Source: Leptolyngbyaceae cyanobacterium (GTDB lineage Bacteria; Cyanobacteriota; Cyanobacteriia; Phormidesmidales; Phormidesmidaceae). From it: a stretch of DNA of 64,000 nucleotides. Positions 8,955-19,186 of this stretch are shown here, piece after piece. Each line of letters begins with the position of its first letter. The first letter of the stretch is position 1. The stretch lies in NCBI GenBank assembly GCA_965263355.1, contig CBDHHL010000032.1, forward strand, positions 3,520,001-3,584,000, in the 5' to 3' direction. The translations under genes and the position numbers were made by a program. The notes beneath the pieces were generated by a model. It was not told the origin of the DNA, did no database searches, and worked only from the letters and a program-made list of their open reading frames with translations.

Positions 8955-9830
8955 CTAACATTGCTCACCAAACTTTTGCCACTGCTCCGGTGGCGGCAAT
9001 AAAAACTCATAGGACCCTGCTGCACTCCCTGGCTTCGCCGTCAGCACAATATCAAACGACAGCGAAATCCGTTCTTCCTCTGTATGATTGATCGTCACCC
9101 CATGGCGCTGCTTCGACGGAAACAAAATCAATCGCCCCTCCACAGGCACATATATCGCCTGATCCTGATTCAGCTTGTTCCAATCCACAATAATGTTCGT
9201 ATTCTCACTCCCTAACCCAGGGCTTACTTCATTGGGGCGAGCATCATCAAACAACACCAGACTGCCCGCCTCATCACTCCCCGAGTTAGGTACTGATACA
9301 TAATACACAGCACTCACGTGAGACGTATTATGACAGTGGGAGCCCACTTCCTGATGATGACGAGAAATAACAGGCCATGCCCGCTGAATATAGAGATCGA
9401 TTTGATTGAGATCCAGTCCCAGCGCTTTCAAATACCTCTGCACATGACTTTCCACCTGGCTAACGATCCAAGTAAACCGAGGATCAGTGTGGATCTGTTC
9501 TGCACCATGCAGGTCTCCTGTCCAAGCCATTTCAGGAAACGCTCGCCGTTCATAACCGTCACGTTCCAACTGCAACGTCGCATCCATCAGCTGCTTTTTG
9601 TGGGCTGTGGCCTCTGGTAAGTCTTCGTAGTAAACGGCGAGGGGAAACCAGGTATCAACAGGCATGTTTGGGACTTGGAGGGTAAAGGTATCGGCATTGA
9701 GTAACTTATCAGCCTTCAGCGTTGGCCGGAGGGTTGAAAGTGTGGACATAGGGGAAATTGCCTCCTCGCTGGTGAGTGCTGGAGGAATTGCATTGGCAAG
9801 TTGTTGCTTGAGGGTGGAGAAGGGAATCAA
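8955..9830 (-). CDS. TIGR02466-like putative 2OG-Fe(II) oxygenase
   Basis: HxH...SAVYYV, LFPS..RHGV and RISLSFD motifs. Start codon uncertain. Confidence 0.8.
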   Translation of the reverse strand: MIPFSTLKQQLANAIPPALTSEEAISPMSTLSTLRPTLKADKLLNADTFTLQVPNMPVDTWFPLAVYYEDLPEATAHKKQLMDATLQLERDGYERRAFPEMAWTGDLHGAEQIHTDPRFTWIVSQVESHVQRYLKALGLDLNQIDLYIQRAWPVISRHHQEVGSHCHNTSHVSAVYYVSVPNSGSDEAGSLVLFDDARPNEVSPGLGSENTNIIVDWNKLNQDQAIYVPVEGRLILFPSKQRHGVTINHTEEERISLSFDIVLTAKPGSAAGSYEFLLPPPEQWQKFGEQC

Positions 9831-9842
9831 GAATCAAATTTT

Positions 9843-11381
9843 TTATTGATTAATACGGACTAGCCGAATCTCTGTACGTTGATTTTGAGGATCGTTCGCG
9901 GGGATACCGGATAAGGGTTCGCTAAAGCCTTTGCCTTCAGCAACAATATTGTGATTCACAGATTGGCCTTTTAAGTACTGCACTACTGATTCAGCCCGTT
10001 GCTGGCTGAGGCGCTGGTTGATATCGGCACTGCCGGTTTGAGAGGTATGGCCAATGACTCGAATGGCAATGGTTTCAGTACTAAATTCGTTGATCTCGGC
10101 GGCAAGTTTGCCCAGGGTTTGTTGGCCTTCGGTTGCGATCGCAGCCGATCCCGTCCCAAACTTCACCTCGCCACGCACTTGCAAGTCCCCAATGGGCTGA
10201 GACTGTTGAATCGCCTCTGGTGTGAGCTGTGCCTGGGGCTGGGCTACATTCGATTCCCCGGTCAAAAACTTGGCCAGTTCCGGATCATCCGCCTGCACCA
10301 GCTGAATCAACGATTGAGTATTAGCAACCGCTTCCGCAATAAAGCGATCGCTATAGAGATCATTCGCCTGGGGCACCTGAGATAGTTGACCGGACAGCAC
10401 CAGAATAGCCGCAGTGGCATCAATCCGTTTAGCCAGGGTGCCATCCCCCATCCAGCGTCCAGCCTCTACGGAGGTAAAGAAATCAATCCCATTAATGACT
10501 GCATCGGCCTGGGGGGCAGACAGATTGCCATCGGTTTGAATTAGAGCTTTTAACTGGCTATTGTCTCGGGCTGCCTGGTCCATCCGACGGTAGTAGGCCG
10601 ATAGAAAATCCGTCAGCTTTTCTTCGTCTTGCTGGATTAAGGCATCGGAGGCCACGATCACATCCAAAATGGCATTGGGGGCATCTTGGCTAGAAAGCAA
10701 GACCGTATAGCCTTGGCCACGGGCCTGACTGACAAACGGTTCCCAAAGCACAGCCACTGCAATATTTTGATTAGGATCGCCCAGGGCTTGCCAAGCTTCT
10801 GACGCTTCTGCCACCTTTAATTGGTTAAAGTCAGACAGATTAAAGCCATCAAAGCGAATATCTAACACCTGGGCTAAAAACTCGCTGGGGGTATCTACTG
10901 CATAGGCCAAACTCAGCGATTGCCCCTGAGCGACCAGCTGACTGAGATCGTTGAGGGATTTTAGGGCTGGATATTTTAGGGTATTAAGTACGACAGCATC
11001 TGCACCGACGGTACGGTCAATCAGACCAACAATCTTGCCATCTGGCTCATGCTTCAGGTACTGGTCCAGTGTGGTCACAATCAGATCAGCACTTCCGTTT
11101 TCCAGCCGGGCGGCCCGTTCTGCTTGATCAAATTCGTTCTCAAACTGTAGCGATAGGTCAGTTTGTTCTAATTCTTCGGTAAATTCTGGAGATCGAAATG
11201 TACTGTAGCCACTGAATGTATCCCCTAAAATAACTAGCTCATCCGTTTTGCCACCAATAAAGGGTAGTGGTTGTTTAGCAGATGAGAATAATTTGTCTTT
11301 GAAACTCCAAGCGCCCAATCCAACTGCAAGGGCACCCAAAATATAGACAATGGGTGGGGGTCCACCGTTACGACGTGACAC
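9843..11381 (-). CDS. Membrane-anchored substrate-binding (NMT1/THI5-like) + OmpA-C domain protein
   Basis: N-terminal TM helix, GADAVV and WEPF SBP motifs, C-terminal VIGHT...LSQQRAESV...G...NQRTEI OmpA motif. Confidence 0.85.
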   Translation of the reverse strand: MSRRNGGPPPIVYILGALAVGLGAWSFKDKLFSSAKQPLPFIGGKTDELVILGDTFSGYSTFRSPEFTEELEQTDLSLQFENEFDQAERAARLENGSADLIVTTLDQYLKHEPDGKIVGLIDRTVGADAVVLNTLKYPALKSLNDLSQLVAQGQSLSLAYAVDTPSEFLAQVLDIRFDGFNLSDFNQLKVAEASEAWQALGDPNQNIAVAVLWEPFVSQARGQGYTVLLSSQDAPNAILDVIVASDALIQQDEEKLTDFLSAYYRRMDQAARDNSQLKALIQTDGNLSAPQADAVINGIDFFTSVEAGRWMGDGTLAKRIDATAAILVLSGQLSQVPQANDLYSDRFIAEAVANTQSLIQLVQADDPELAKFLTGESNVAQPQAQLTPEAIQQSQPIGDLQVRGEVKFGTGSAAIATEGQQTLGKLAAEINEFSTETIAIRVIGHTSQTGSADINQRLSQQRAESVVQYLKGQSVNHNIVAEGKGFSEPLSGIPANDPQNQRTEIRLVRINQ

Positions 11382-11599
11382 CTAGACTACCTCCAGTCAT
11401 TGCATAATGATCTACTACAGCCGATGTATACATTGAGCAGAATAGTAGGCAAATTCTTTGATGGCTTTATGTTAATAAATCCTGAGGTTATATGGACCAT
11501 AACGTTGGTTATGATTTCTGGTTTAAGAGGACTACCAGGTATAAACTTAAGCCAGAAAATTCAGGCAAGGACTTAATTGGAGTTAGGAATGCGCTCCCT

Positions 11600-11644
11600 T
11601 TCCAAATTCCAAATTCCGAACTCCGAACTCCGAATTCCAAACTC
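11600..11644. repeat. STRR-type heptamer tandem repeat
   Basis: About six copies of YTCCRAA. Confidence 0.8.
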
Positions 11645-11719
11645 TAGCTTCCTTGGGAAAGCATCTCGCTTTGTGTTGATACCCGAACTCCCTGCTTAGG
11701 TTCTTTGAAGGAAATTACC

Positions 11720-12457
11720 TTAAGGCTCTTGGGTGGGGCGCTGTTTTTCTTTTAGTTGCTGCAGTCGCTGGGCAATTTCCTGTTGTTGGGAAATAGGATC
11801 AATGTCTGCCATGGCTTGTTCGGCTGGGTTGACTGATAGTTCGACAAAGGCCCGTTTTTCTAAATAGCGCGTATGGACCGAATTTTTGGCCGCTTCAAAC
11901 TGGGCACGGGCCGACGCCATATCTTCTTCGTTGTGGGTTTCGGCTATGGCTGTAAGGGCTTCATTCACTTCGGTTAGATTTTTAAGGGCGCGCAAATCAC
12001 TTTTGTAGCTTTCTAGGCGTGCCCGTTCCTGACGTAATTTTGCCAGGGAGGCGTTCGCTAATTTTTCTGCTTGTTCCACCTGGGCTTCTATTTTGGGTAG
12101 CAACTGCTCTAGGTGAATGGCAGTGGTGATGGCCGCTTCGGCATCGGTGTGGCGGCCTTCTTTTTCAGCGAGCATGGCTGACTTTTCTGCTCGCTTGAGG
12201 GCACCTACTTTATACAAGTAGATCTTTTTTTCCCTTTGAAAGTTGGCATATTGCTGATTGGTTGCTTCTGCAAGCTGGTTCACGGACTGCTGCATCTTTT
12301 TAAGGGAGGCTTCGGCGGTTGCGATCGCATCATCATCCAAATCAGTATCATTCTCTGGTGCGGGACTATCCTCATCGATTCCCCACAGCCAGTTCCATAC
12401 GGCCAGGGTTGCCTTACCTCCATGCTCACCCATTAACCAATAAACGGCCTTTTTCAT
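11720..12457 (-). CDS. PspA/IM30 family coiled-coil protein
   Basis: Long helical coiled coil of PspA size, Trp-rich amphipathic N-terminus, ends in IAQRLQQLK. Confidence 0.75.
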   Translation of the reverse strand: MKKAVYWLMGEHGGKATLAVWNWLWGIDEDSPAPENDTDLDDDAIATAEASLKKMQQSVNQLAEATNQQYANFQREKKIYLYKVGALKRAEKSAMLAEKEGRHTDAEAAITTAIHLEQLLPKIEAQVEQAEKLANASLAKLRQERARLESYKSDLRALKNLTEVNEALTAIAETHNEEDMASARAQFEAAKNSVHTRYLEKRAFVELSVNPAEQAMADIDPISQQQEIAQRLQQLKEKQRPTQEP

Positions 12458-12600
12458 GTGTCGTTACAGCGGAAATAATACAGGTATAGCGGTTGCTCTA
12501 GTGATTCAGCCATTGAGTCATCCCATCGGAGCATACCCGAATTGGCGACTGCTCTTATCCTAATCAATGGGGTTAGCGCTATAAAGTTTACTTCAGACAA

Positions 12601-12650
12601 TTCACCTATAATTCCCTATTTTTCACGGCTAATTCCTCCCTTTTCACGGC
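12601..12650. promoter_or_regulatory. Phased TTC(A/C) direct-repeat array, candidate OmpR-type operator
   Basis: Half-sites at 12601, 12612, 12622, 12633 and 12643. TTTTCACGGC occurs twice. Confidence 0.4.
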
Positions 12651-12796
12651 GATCTCGATCACTCAGTTGGCTCAGGTTTATTCAGATAACGCTTACCCAA
12701 CCTTTAGAAACGGATCAACCTATACTCAGCCATGACCTGGATAGTAGTAATCGAAGCAGCGCACTGCGCGTATTCATTCACTAGGAGACTAAAACT

Positions 12797-13255
12797 ATGA
12801 AAAATCTACTTTCCACTGGTCTATCTGCCCTGATGTTGACCGCTGTTGTTGTTCCCGTTGCAGAAACTATCAGCGTTACCGATGCTCTAGCGGCTCAGCC
12901 CAGTATTACCCGAGCAGCTAAAGCATTATTGGCATCTGGTCAGTTCGTTACCGTTGACCAAGCCAAGGCCACCACTGGCACGGCCCGCATTGTTGAAAAA
13001 GACGGCCAGCGCATCCTTGAATTTGATGGTGCTTTTGATACAGCCCGTGGTCCTGATGTGCGAGTTGTGCTCTACAAAGGGGATTCTGTTCCCGTGAGCA
13101 TAGATGAGAGTGACTACGTTGTTATTGGCGACTTAAAGAGTTTTGAAGGGTCCCAGGGCTATGTTTTACCTGCTGACCTCAACCTGGATGACTACGGCTC
13201 CGTCGCCATCTGGTGCGCAGAATTCAACGTCACCTTTGGTTACGCTGATATTTAA
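12797..13255 (+). CDS. Secreted DM13 domain protein
   Basis: Signal peptide, GPDVRVVL, LK...GSQ.Y and AIWC..FNV.FG motifs. AGGAG RBS. Confidence 0.9.
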   Translation: MKNLLSTGLSALMLTAVVVPVAETISVTDALAAQPSITRAAKALLASGQFVTVDQAKATTGTARIVEKDGQRILEFDGAFDTARGPDVRVVLYKGDSVPVSIDESDYVVIGDLKSFEGSQGYVLPADLNLDDYGSVAIWCAEFNVTFGYADI

Positions 13256-13296
13256 GGCTGATATCCAAATATTAGAGTTTTTGGCATAAGTCTTCA

Positions 13297-13872
13297 CTAA
13301 GGTACTGTCAGGCTTATGCCAAATTCGGCTTCTAATGCTGTGACGTAGCTCAGATTGGTGATCTCTGCTTGTAAGTGCTCAATAAAACCAGGTAAGTCAT
13401 CCTTGAAAAAGCGCGCTCTATCGGCCTTGGTGCGTTTAATGTGTCGAGCCCTAGATTCAGCTACATTGGGATGGTTTAGCCTTAAAAAGTCGATCAAATT
13501 TTTAGCTTCTCGATCACCAGGGTCTACGGGTTCAAACTGACCATAGGCATAATGAATCCGCTTTGACACATCAGAGCCATGAGGACATAGTATCGGCAGA
13601 TAGTTCTCAATTTTTCTTGGTTTGTTCATGTTCACACTGTGGTGAACGGCATACCAGTTCCAATAATCGTCGTTTGTTGTGCCCTTTTTGCGTGGGTCAA
13701 AATGCTCAATATCACAAGCATCCATGGGGTCAACGTAGCGTTCACTATAGGCACAAAACCCCTTTTGCTCATGTAAAAGCTCAGTCCGTATTTTGGGGCG
13801 ATGAGTAGTTGTATCGTACTTCCAAGCTTCCTGGATAACTTTTGAGTCTTTACGTTTCCTCAGATATCTCAT
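13297..13872 (-). CDS. HNH endonuclease, PtuB/TIGR02646-like
   Basis: LLHEQKGFCAYSE...IEHFDP...NWY...N..K and LRLN motifs. The ATG at 13872 overlaps the end of the ATPase gene. Confidence 0.8.
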   Translation of the reverse strand: MRYLRKRKDSKVIQEAWKYDTTTHRPKIRTELLHEQKGFCAYSERYVDPMDACDIEHFDPRKKGTTNDDYWNWYAVHHSVNMNKPRKIENYLPILCPHGSDVSKRIHYAYGQFEPVDPGDREAKNLIDFLRLNHPNVAESRARHIKRTKADRARFFKDDLPGFIEHLQAEITNLSYVTALEAEFGISLTVP

Positions 13873-15250
13873 GCTCGGCAAAATTGTAAGTATTTCCAAT
13901 GCGCGCGTACTCAGCTAATCGTTCCCGTTTTTCTTGGGGGTCTTGAATACTGGGAATAGTGCGGCGTAATTCCAAATATCTTTTCCACTGTTTGAGTCCT
14001 TCTTTGCCGTAGAGACTACGTACAACAAAGTCATTTACTAATAAGTCATTAGGATCATCCCCTTCTGGGGAAATTCCCCGCCGACAGGTAACGTAGTGTT
14101 CATCATCAAATTCTAAAATTATGCGCTCTTCAGGCTTAAATTGGGCTGCAATAATTGGACTCTGTGTTGCTACAAAAAACTGGGTGTTTTGAATGATTGA
14201 TTGGTATCTTTCAATAATGTCATAAAGTAAATCTGGAAATAAACTTGCTTCTGGTTCATCTAGCAATAAAAAACCACGATAAATTTCTCGGTTAAAGTAC
14301 AAACTGTAAATATGTCCCAGGCGAAATATGAAATTACGAATGCCTGTACTTAATGCGTTATAGGATATTTGATGACCTGATCTAACTGATTTAATATATG
14401 CCTGTAGGTTTTCCGTGGTTTGTACTGGAATTACTGCATTATCTATATCAAATGCTAGGCCAGCAGTTCCTAAGATTAAATCCCATTGCTTAGCGAGTTC
14501 AGTTAAAATCTCTGGGTGAGTAGCATTAAATTTTTGTTTTGCATCTAAAACAGTCAGATTCTGTACGTCTTTATTACTAAAGAAAAGTAACTCGTCTCGC
14601 TCTCGCTTTTTAATTTGGTAGATGAGCACATTCCAGAAGTCTTCGACTTGATCGTAAGACGATATATAAAATGCTTTGAAGTCATTGAAAAAAATTAATG
14701 CTTTATCTAGGCTGGTTTCGGGCAGTCCAGCGGGTAAATGACTCCTACCATCTGGTGTGGCATAAATTGCTAAATCTGATGCATTGGCCTTTAGCTTAAT
14801 TTGCGCTAATAGTTGTTCTTGATCGGATACTCGAAAGCTAAATATTTTATTTTTTGCTGAAGCTATTTTTAGATCATTGGATGCATTCCAAAAACTTAAC
14901 CAATCTTCCTGATTAGTTAATACATCTGAAAGAATAACTGGATTATGGAAATGATGTTTCAAAATCCAGAATCTTTGGTGATGTAATTGGATGTGTATTG
15001 AGATCGCACTAAGCGATGAAACTATTTGATTGAGCTTTGGAGATTGTTTTTCAAGCCAAGTAGGTTGGCTATTTTGTAAAAATGAGCTGATTAGATTCAG
15101 GATACTAGACTTACCTGTCCCATTTGCTCCAATCAAACAGACCTGCTCTAAAGCTTGATCGCTATCTGGTTCGGTTAAATCTAAATAGAAGTCTTTAAAC
15201 TGACGGTAGTTTTTAATGCGTAGACCAAGAATTTTCAGCCGTTGAGTCAT
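13850..15250 (-). CDS. ABC/AAA_21 ATPase, PtuA-like
   Basis: IKNYRQF, Walker A GANGTGKS, signature LSTG, Walker B LLLDEPE, ATQSP. No TM helices. GGAG RBS. Confidence 0.88.
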   Translation of the reverse strand: MTQRLKILGLRIKNYRQFKDFYLDLTEPDSDQALEQVCLIGANGTGKSSILNLISSFLQNSQPTWLEKQSPKLNQIVSSLSAISIHIQLHHQRFWILKHHFHNPVILSDVLTNQEDWLSFWNASNDLKIASAKNKIFSFRVSDQEQLLAQIKLKANASDLAIYATPDGRSHLPAGLPETSLDKALIFFNDFKAFYISSYDQVEDFWNVLIYQIKKRERDELLFFSNKDVQNLTVLDAKQKFNATHPEILTELAKQWDLILGTAGLAFDIDNAVIPVQTTENLQAYIKSVRSGHQISYNALSTGIRNFIFRLGHIYSLYFNREIYRGFLLLDEPEASLFPDLLYDIIERYQSIIQNTQFFVATQSPIIAAQFKPEERIILEFDDEHYVTCRRGISPEGDDPNDLLVNDFVVRSLYGKEGLKQWKRYLELRRTIPSIQDPQEKRERLAEYARIGNTYNFAEHEISEET

Positions 15251-15270
15251 TGTTGGACTCCTTCCCCAGA

Positions 15271-16122
15271 CTACTCAAACTCTGGTAAATCTAATGGCTT
15301 TTGCGGTTGCACTTCTATCGTAGGGGGCTGAGCCTGAACCAAGTCTGGCTCCGGTAAATCTAGTTGCTTTTGCTTTTGAACTTCTACCGCAGGGGCCTGG
15401 GCAGGCATCAATTCCTTCTGACGCTCTTCTAGTTTCAGCGGTAGCTTGACCTTCTGAGGTTTCTTAGCTTGTTTAACCTTCGGTAGGCTGCGTTCCAAAT
15501 CATTCAGCGGTCGAGGGATGACCATCACAGCACTCAGCTCGCCGATGCGCTCAGCTTCGTGCATACCTGCTTCGACAGCAATGGCCACATTCGACAGCGA
15601 CCCACGGATCAAAATTGTGCATAACCCTTCCCCAATGGTTTCATGGGAAATAAGCTCGACCTCAGCCGATTTAGTCATGGCATCGGCGGCCCCTACCATG
15701 GCCGGAAAACCTCGCGTTTCCAATAACCCAATGGCACCACTGCTCATCTGGGTTTCACCAACACCTTCCAACTCACTCAATCGCGGCAAGATAGGCAATA
15801 CCTTTTCCATGTCAGCCATGGGTCTGGGAATCAGCGATGACGATACCAACTGGCCAAACTGTTTAGCGGTTTCTACCCCTGCATGAACCGCCATGCGCAC
15901 ATCGGCCACACCACCCCGAACAATGGCACTACACTGACCACCACCAGTTTTTTCGTAGCCGACTAAATAAACATCAGATGACTTGATCATGGCGTCAGCG
16001 ACACCGATGATGGCTGGAAAACTTGTTGTTGACACCACCCCCAACGCAGAATCTTTTACCCGTCTCAGTAATGACCTGGCTTTATCAGTTGAACTAGCTA
16101 GCATGGAGGAATCTACTGGCAT
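15271..16122 (-). CDS. ccmO: Carboxysome tandem-BMC shell protein CcmO
   Basis: Two BMC domains (ADAMIKS, ADAMTKS) and a Pro/Gln-rich tail. Downstream of ccmN. Confidence 0.92.
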   Translation of the reverse strand: MPVDSSMLASSTDKARSLLRRVKDSALGVVSTTSFPAIIGVADAMIKSSDVYLVGYEKTGGGQCSAIVRGGVADVRMAVHAGVETAKQFGQLVSSSLIPRPMADMEKVLPILPRLSELEGVGETQMSSGAIGLLETRGFPAMVGAADAMTKSAEVELISHETIGEGLCTILIRGSLSNVAIAVEAGMHEAERIGELSAVMVIPRPLNDLERSLPKVKQAKKPQKVKLPLKLEERQKELMPAQAPAVEVQKQKQLDLPEPDLVQAQPPTIEVQPQKPLDLPEFE

Positions 16123-16396
16123 CGTCAGTCTCAAGTAGCGTTAGGGAGCCCTTGGGTGCTTATGGTGGTTTGGTGTTTAATCACGTCCAAATGGCAAAAC
16201 TCAACTCTGGACGTAAATAAAAGTTATCTCAATACTCTAAGGTGAAAACTTCAATAGATGCTGCTAAAAGCGATGTTACTTATCAATATGTTGACGGTAT
16301 TTATATTTCCAGCAGCTATAACGCTGGAATTGTTTAACCTCTGGTGACAGAGATTTCGAATTTGCTTTTATAGATAACTATTAGATATCCCTCATT

Positions 16397-17107
16397 TTAA
16401 GAGTCTTTTTCAGATTGACCCATGGAACTTCCATTATTTAGGGGTTCTCGATGGGGGAAAAGTGCTGTTAACAGGCTATTTAAGTGATCACGACCATAAA
16501 CAGACTTTTTTGGGGTTGACATCGCCGATATACTGTCGCTGCTAGATCTATCGTTAGATGCAGCTCCATTTGATGACGGCTCTGGAGTTTCTACATCAGG
16601 CACATTGACAGCCTTGGGAGCAACAGATTGGGGTTGAACCGTGGGCGTAGTCCTTGGGGGCACTGGCATTGAGGGCACTGGGTTTTGCTCGGACTGAAAA
16701 TTAGGTGCTTGGAAACTAGAGGCCTGACCATTTTGATCAGTCGTTACCCTTTCTGAAGATGCCTGGGCTTCGATAAGAGAGCAGGGCGGGATGATGGTAT
16801 TTGGTGCGATCGCAGGATTAATCAAGGTACTAGACGGCCCCACACAAGCGTCTTTACCCACATGGCCATGGCCCACAATCAACACCCCTGTACCCAGACT
16901 GACACCAGTCTCAATATATAGACAACCTTGCTTGGCCTGGATGACGACACCAGCCCCCACACAAACACCTGGCCCGATGCGAATAGCTGCTTTGGGTGCA
17001 GCTCTAAACACTACACCCGGTGCGATCGCTGCGGTTGCATCCACAATAACGTCGCCGCCGCGATAGTAATGGGTATGACTCACAAACTCTAGAGGCGAGG
17101 GTTCCAT
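16397..17107 (-). CDS. ccmN: Carboxysome assembly protein CcmN
   Basis: Hexapeptide repeats, a linker, and encapsulation peptide VYGRDHLNSLLTALFPHR. Confidence 0.93.
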   Translation of the reverse strand: MEPSPLEFVSHTHYYRGGDVIVDATAAIAPGVVFRAAPKAAIRIGPGVCVGAGVVIQAKQGCLYIETGVSLGTGVLIVGHGHVGKDACVGPSSTLINPAIAPNTIIPPCSLIEAQASSERVTTDQNGQASSFQAPNFQSEQNPVPSMPVPPRTTPTVQPQSVAPKAVNVPDVETPEPSSNGAASNDRSSSDSISAMSTPKKSVYGRDHLNSLLTALFPHREPLNNGSSMGQSEKDS

Positions 17108-17147
17108 CGCGACGGCCCCAGGGACGAGGGTAAACTAACGAGGTAAA

Positions 17148-19160
17148 CTACGGACGCTGAATCGTTGTTTCCAATACACGACACTTGGCACGGGGGTCAA
17201 TACCTACGAGCCGTACATAGTGGCCAGAGTATTCAGCTAACTGAGCTTTCAGGGCCGCAATTACTTCTGAAGGACGATTGCCATTGATGGGTGTGCCCGT
17301 TTGCCATGCACCGCTACGATAACGGCGTTTGTCGGCATACTCGGTGCTGACCCGATAGCCCTGGTTCACCAGCTGGGTTACCTGCTGGGCCAAATCTGCA
17401 CTGACTGAAGCAGTACTACCGTTATTATTGGCAGCTGGACGGCTATTGCTGCCATAGGATGCAGGCTGTGCACTTGGAGCAGGTGCGCTGACGGCCTGTC
17501 CTGGCTTTTGAATCGTGATCGCCTGACCACGCTGCTTAACCTGCGGATTGATCGCAAAGATACGCACATAATCATTCGCATGGGCCGCTAAGACCTGCTG
17601 GATGGCTGCGATCGCAGAAGATTCGCTGGAAGCCGATATAGCAGGTGCCGTTTGCCAGATACCACTGCGGTACCGACGCTTATCAGCAAATTCAATCCCA
17701 ATCTTCTGACCCTGGGCCAAAATAGAACGAACCTGAGGCACCAGTTCATTACTAGTGACGGGAGCCGCACTATTCTGACTAGTTGTTGGGGCTGCACTAC
17801 TACCGCCAGTCCCAGTTTGGAGTCCTACCGGCTTACCATCACCCCGCTGAATAGTGACCGGCGCTATCCGACACTTAGCAACCGGGTCAATCCCAAACAT
17901 TCGAACATATTCACCCGCATGCTCTGTCAAACAAGCCTGTAGAGCATCCATCGCCTCAGACTCACGGGTCGCCTGAATCGGAGAGCATGTTTGCCAAACA
18001 CCACTGCGATAGCGGCGACGATCAGCATGTTCTGTACCAATCTTGAACCCTTGACGAATCCAAGCACGGACCTGGTTGGCAATGTCACCAGCAATGTTGC
18101 CACTCCCGTTGCTAACAGGTGTTGCCGTTGCCGTAGACGCAACTTTATGCTTACTCGATTCCACTGGCTTACCATCGGGACGTTGTACCGTCATCATGCC
18201 AACACGACGCTTGCCCACAGGGTCAATCCCAAACATACGCACATAGCTATTGGAGTTCTCTGCCATGCAGCGCTCTATCGATGACAACACATCACCTTCG
18301 CGGGTGGACTGCACAGTGGGACAGCTTTGCCAAACACCGCTGCGATAGCGACGCTTGTCGGCATACTCAGCTCCAACTTTGTAGCCCTGAGCTAAAAATT
18401 GACGAACCTGTTGAACAATTTCGGGTGCTAGTGCTTGCATAATATTCATACCAACGTTGTCGGTGGTGGATGGGGTGTGTGGGCTGCTCGCCGAGTGGCG
18501 GGCGGACTGAATCGGTACAGTATTGACTGCACCATCGGGATATCTAAAATCACCTCTCAAGGGTTGGGGTGTGCCGCCAACCTGAGAAGCGCGAGCACGC
18601 TCGCGAATGTGGGGTTCAATAATGTCTTGAACAAGGGCTAAGTCTGCTTCAGTCACCTTGGGTAAAGCATCTGCCTGGGCCTGAGTTGTAATCACAGCAC
18701 CAGATGGCACACATCGCCCCGGCGGAACCTCCACATCCTGAACTAGGGCATGCATCATTACGACTGCACCGGCCCCCAGGCGAGCATTGAAAATTGTTGA
18801 TCTAAACCCCACAAAGCAACCCTGGCCTAAGTAAGCTGGGCCATGGATCAATACCTTGTGGGTCAGCGTGACATTGGGGGATAGCCAAACAGCATAAAGC
18901 TGGCCGTTGTCACCTTGGACACAACCGCTACTAAGACCATGAATAACGACACCGTCCTGAATGTCGCAATGGCTACTGATATAAAAGGGCAATCCCTCAT
19001 CCGCCCGAATCGAAGTACCGGGGGCAATGGATACCTCGGCTCCGATATACACACCACCCACGACCTGCGAAAACGAATGGACGAAGGCAGTTGACTCAAT
19101 CGTTGGCTTAGCCATTGATTGACGCTGGGCAGGGGATGCTACCATGGCATGCTTTACCAT
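17148..19160 (-). CDS. ccmM: Carboxysome protein CcmM (gamma-CA-like domain + 4 SSU-like domains)
   Basis: SIRADEG and [10 protein letters not shown] motifs, four ADxRRYRSGxW repeats. ATG at 19160 follows GGAGGA. Mets at 18449/18440 are candidates for the internal short-form start. Confidence 0.96.
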   Translation of the reverse strand: MVKHAMVASPAQRQSMAKPTIESTAFVHSFSQVVGGVYIGAEVSIAPGTSIRADEGLPFYISSHCDIQDGVVIHGLSSGCVQGDNGQLYAVWLSPNVTLTHKVLIHGPAYLGQGCFVGFRSTIFNARLGAGAVVMMHALVQDVEVPPGRCVPSGAVITTQAQADALPKVTEADLALVQDIIEPHIRERARASQVGGTPQPLRGDFRYPDGAVNTVPIQSARHSASSPHTPSTTDNVGMNIMQALAPEIVQQVRQFLAQGYKVGAEYADKRRYRSGVWQSCPTVQSTREGDVLSSIERCMAENSNSYVRMFGIDPVGKRRVGMMTVQRPDGKPVESSKHKVASTATATPVSNGSGNIAGDIANQVRAWIRQGFKIGTEHADRRRYRSGVWQTCSPIQATRESEAMDALQACLTEHAGEYVRMFGIDPVAKCRIAPVTIQRGDGKPVGLQTGTGGSSAAPTTSQNSAAPVTSNELVPQVRSILAQGQKIGIEFADKRRYRSGIWQTAPAISASSESSAIAAIQQVLAAHANDYVRIFAINPQVKQRGQAITIQKPGQAVSAPAPSAQPASYGSNSRPAANNNGSTASVSADLAQQVTQLVNQGYRVSTEYADKRRYRSGAWQTGTPINGNRPSEVIAALKAQLAEYSGHYVRLVGIDPRAKCRVLETTIQRP

Positions 19161-19186
19161 TGGCCCATATCCTCCCAAGAGAGCTA

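Noticed and set aside
11600..11644. Heptamer repeat as a novel element
   Set aside because: It is an ordinary cyanobacterial short tandem repeat.
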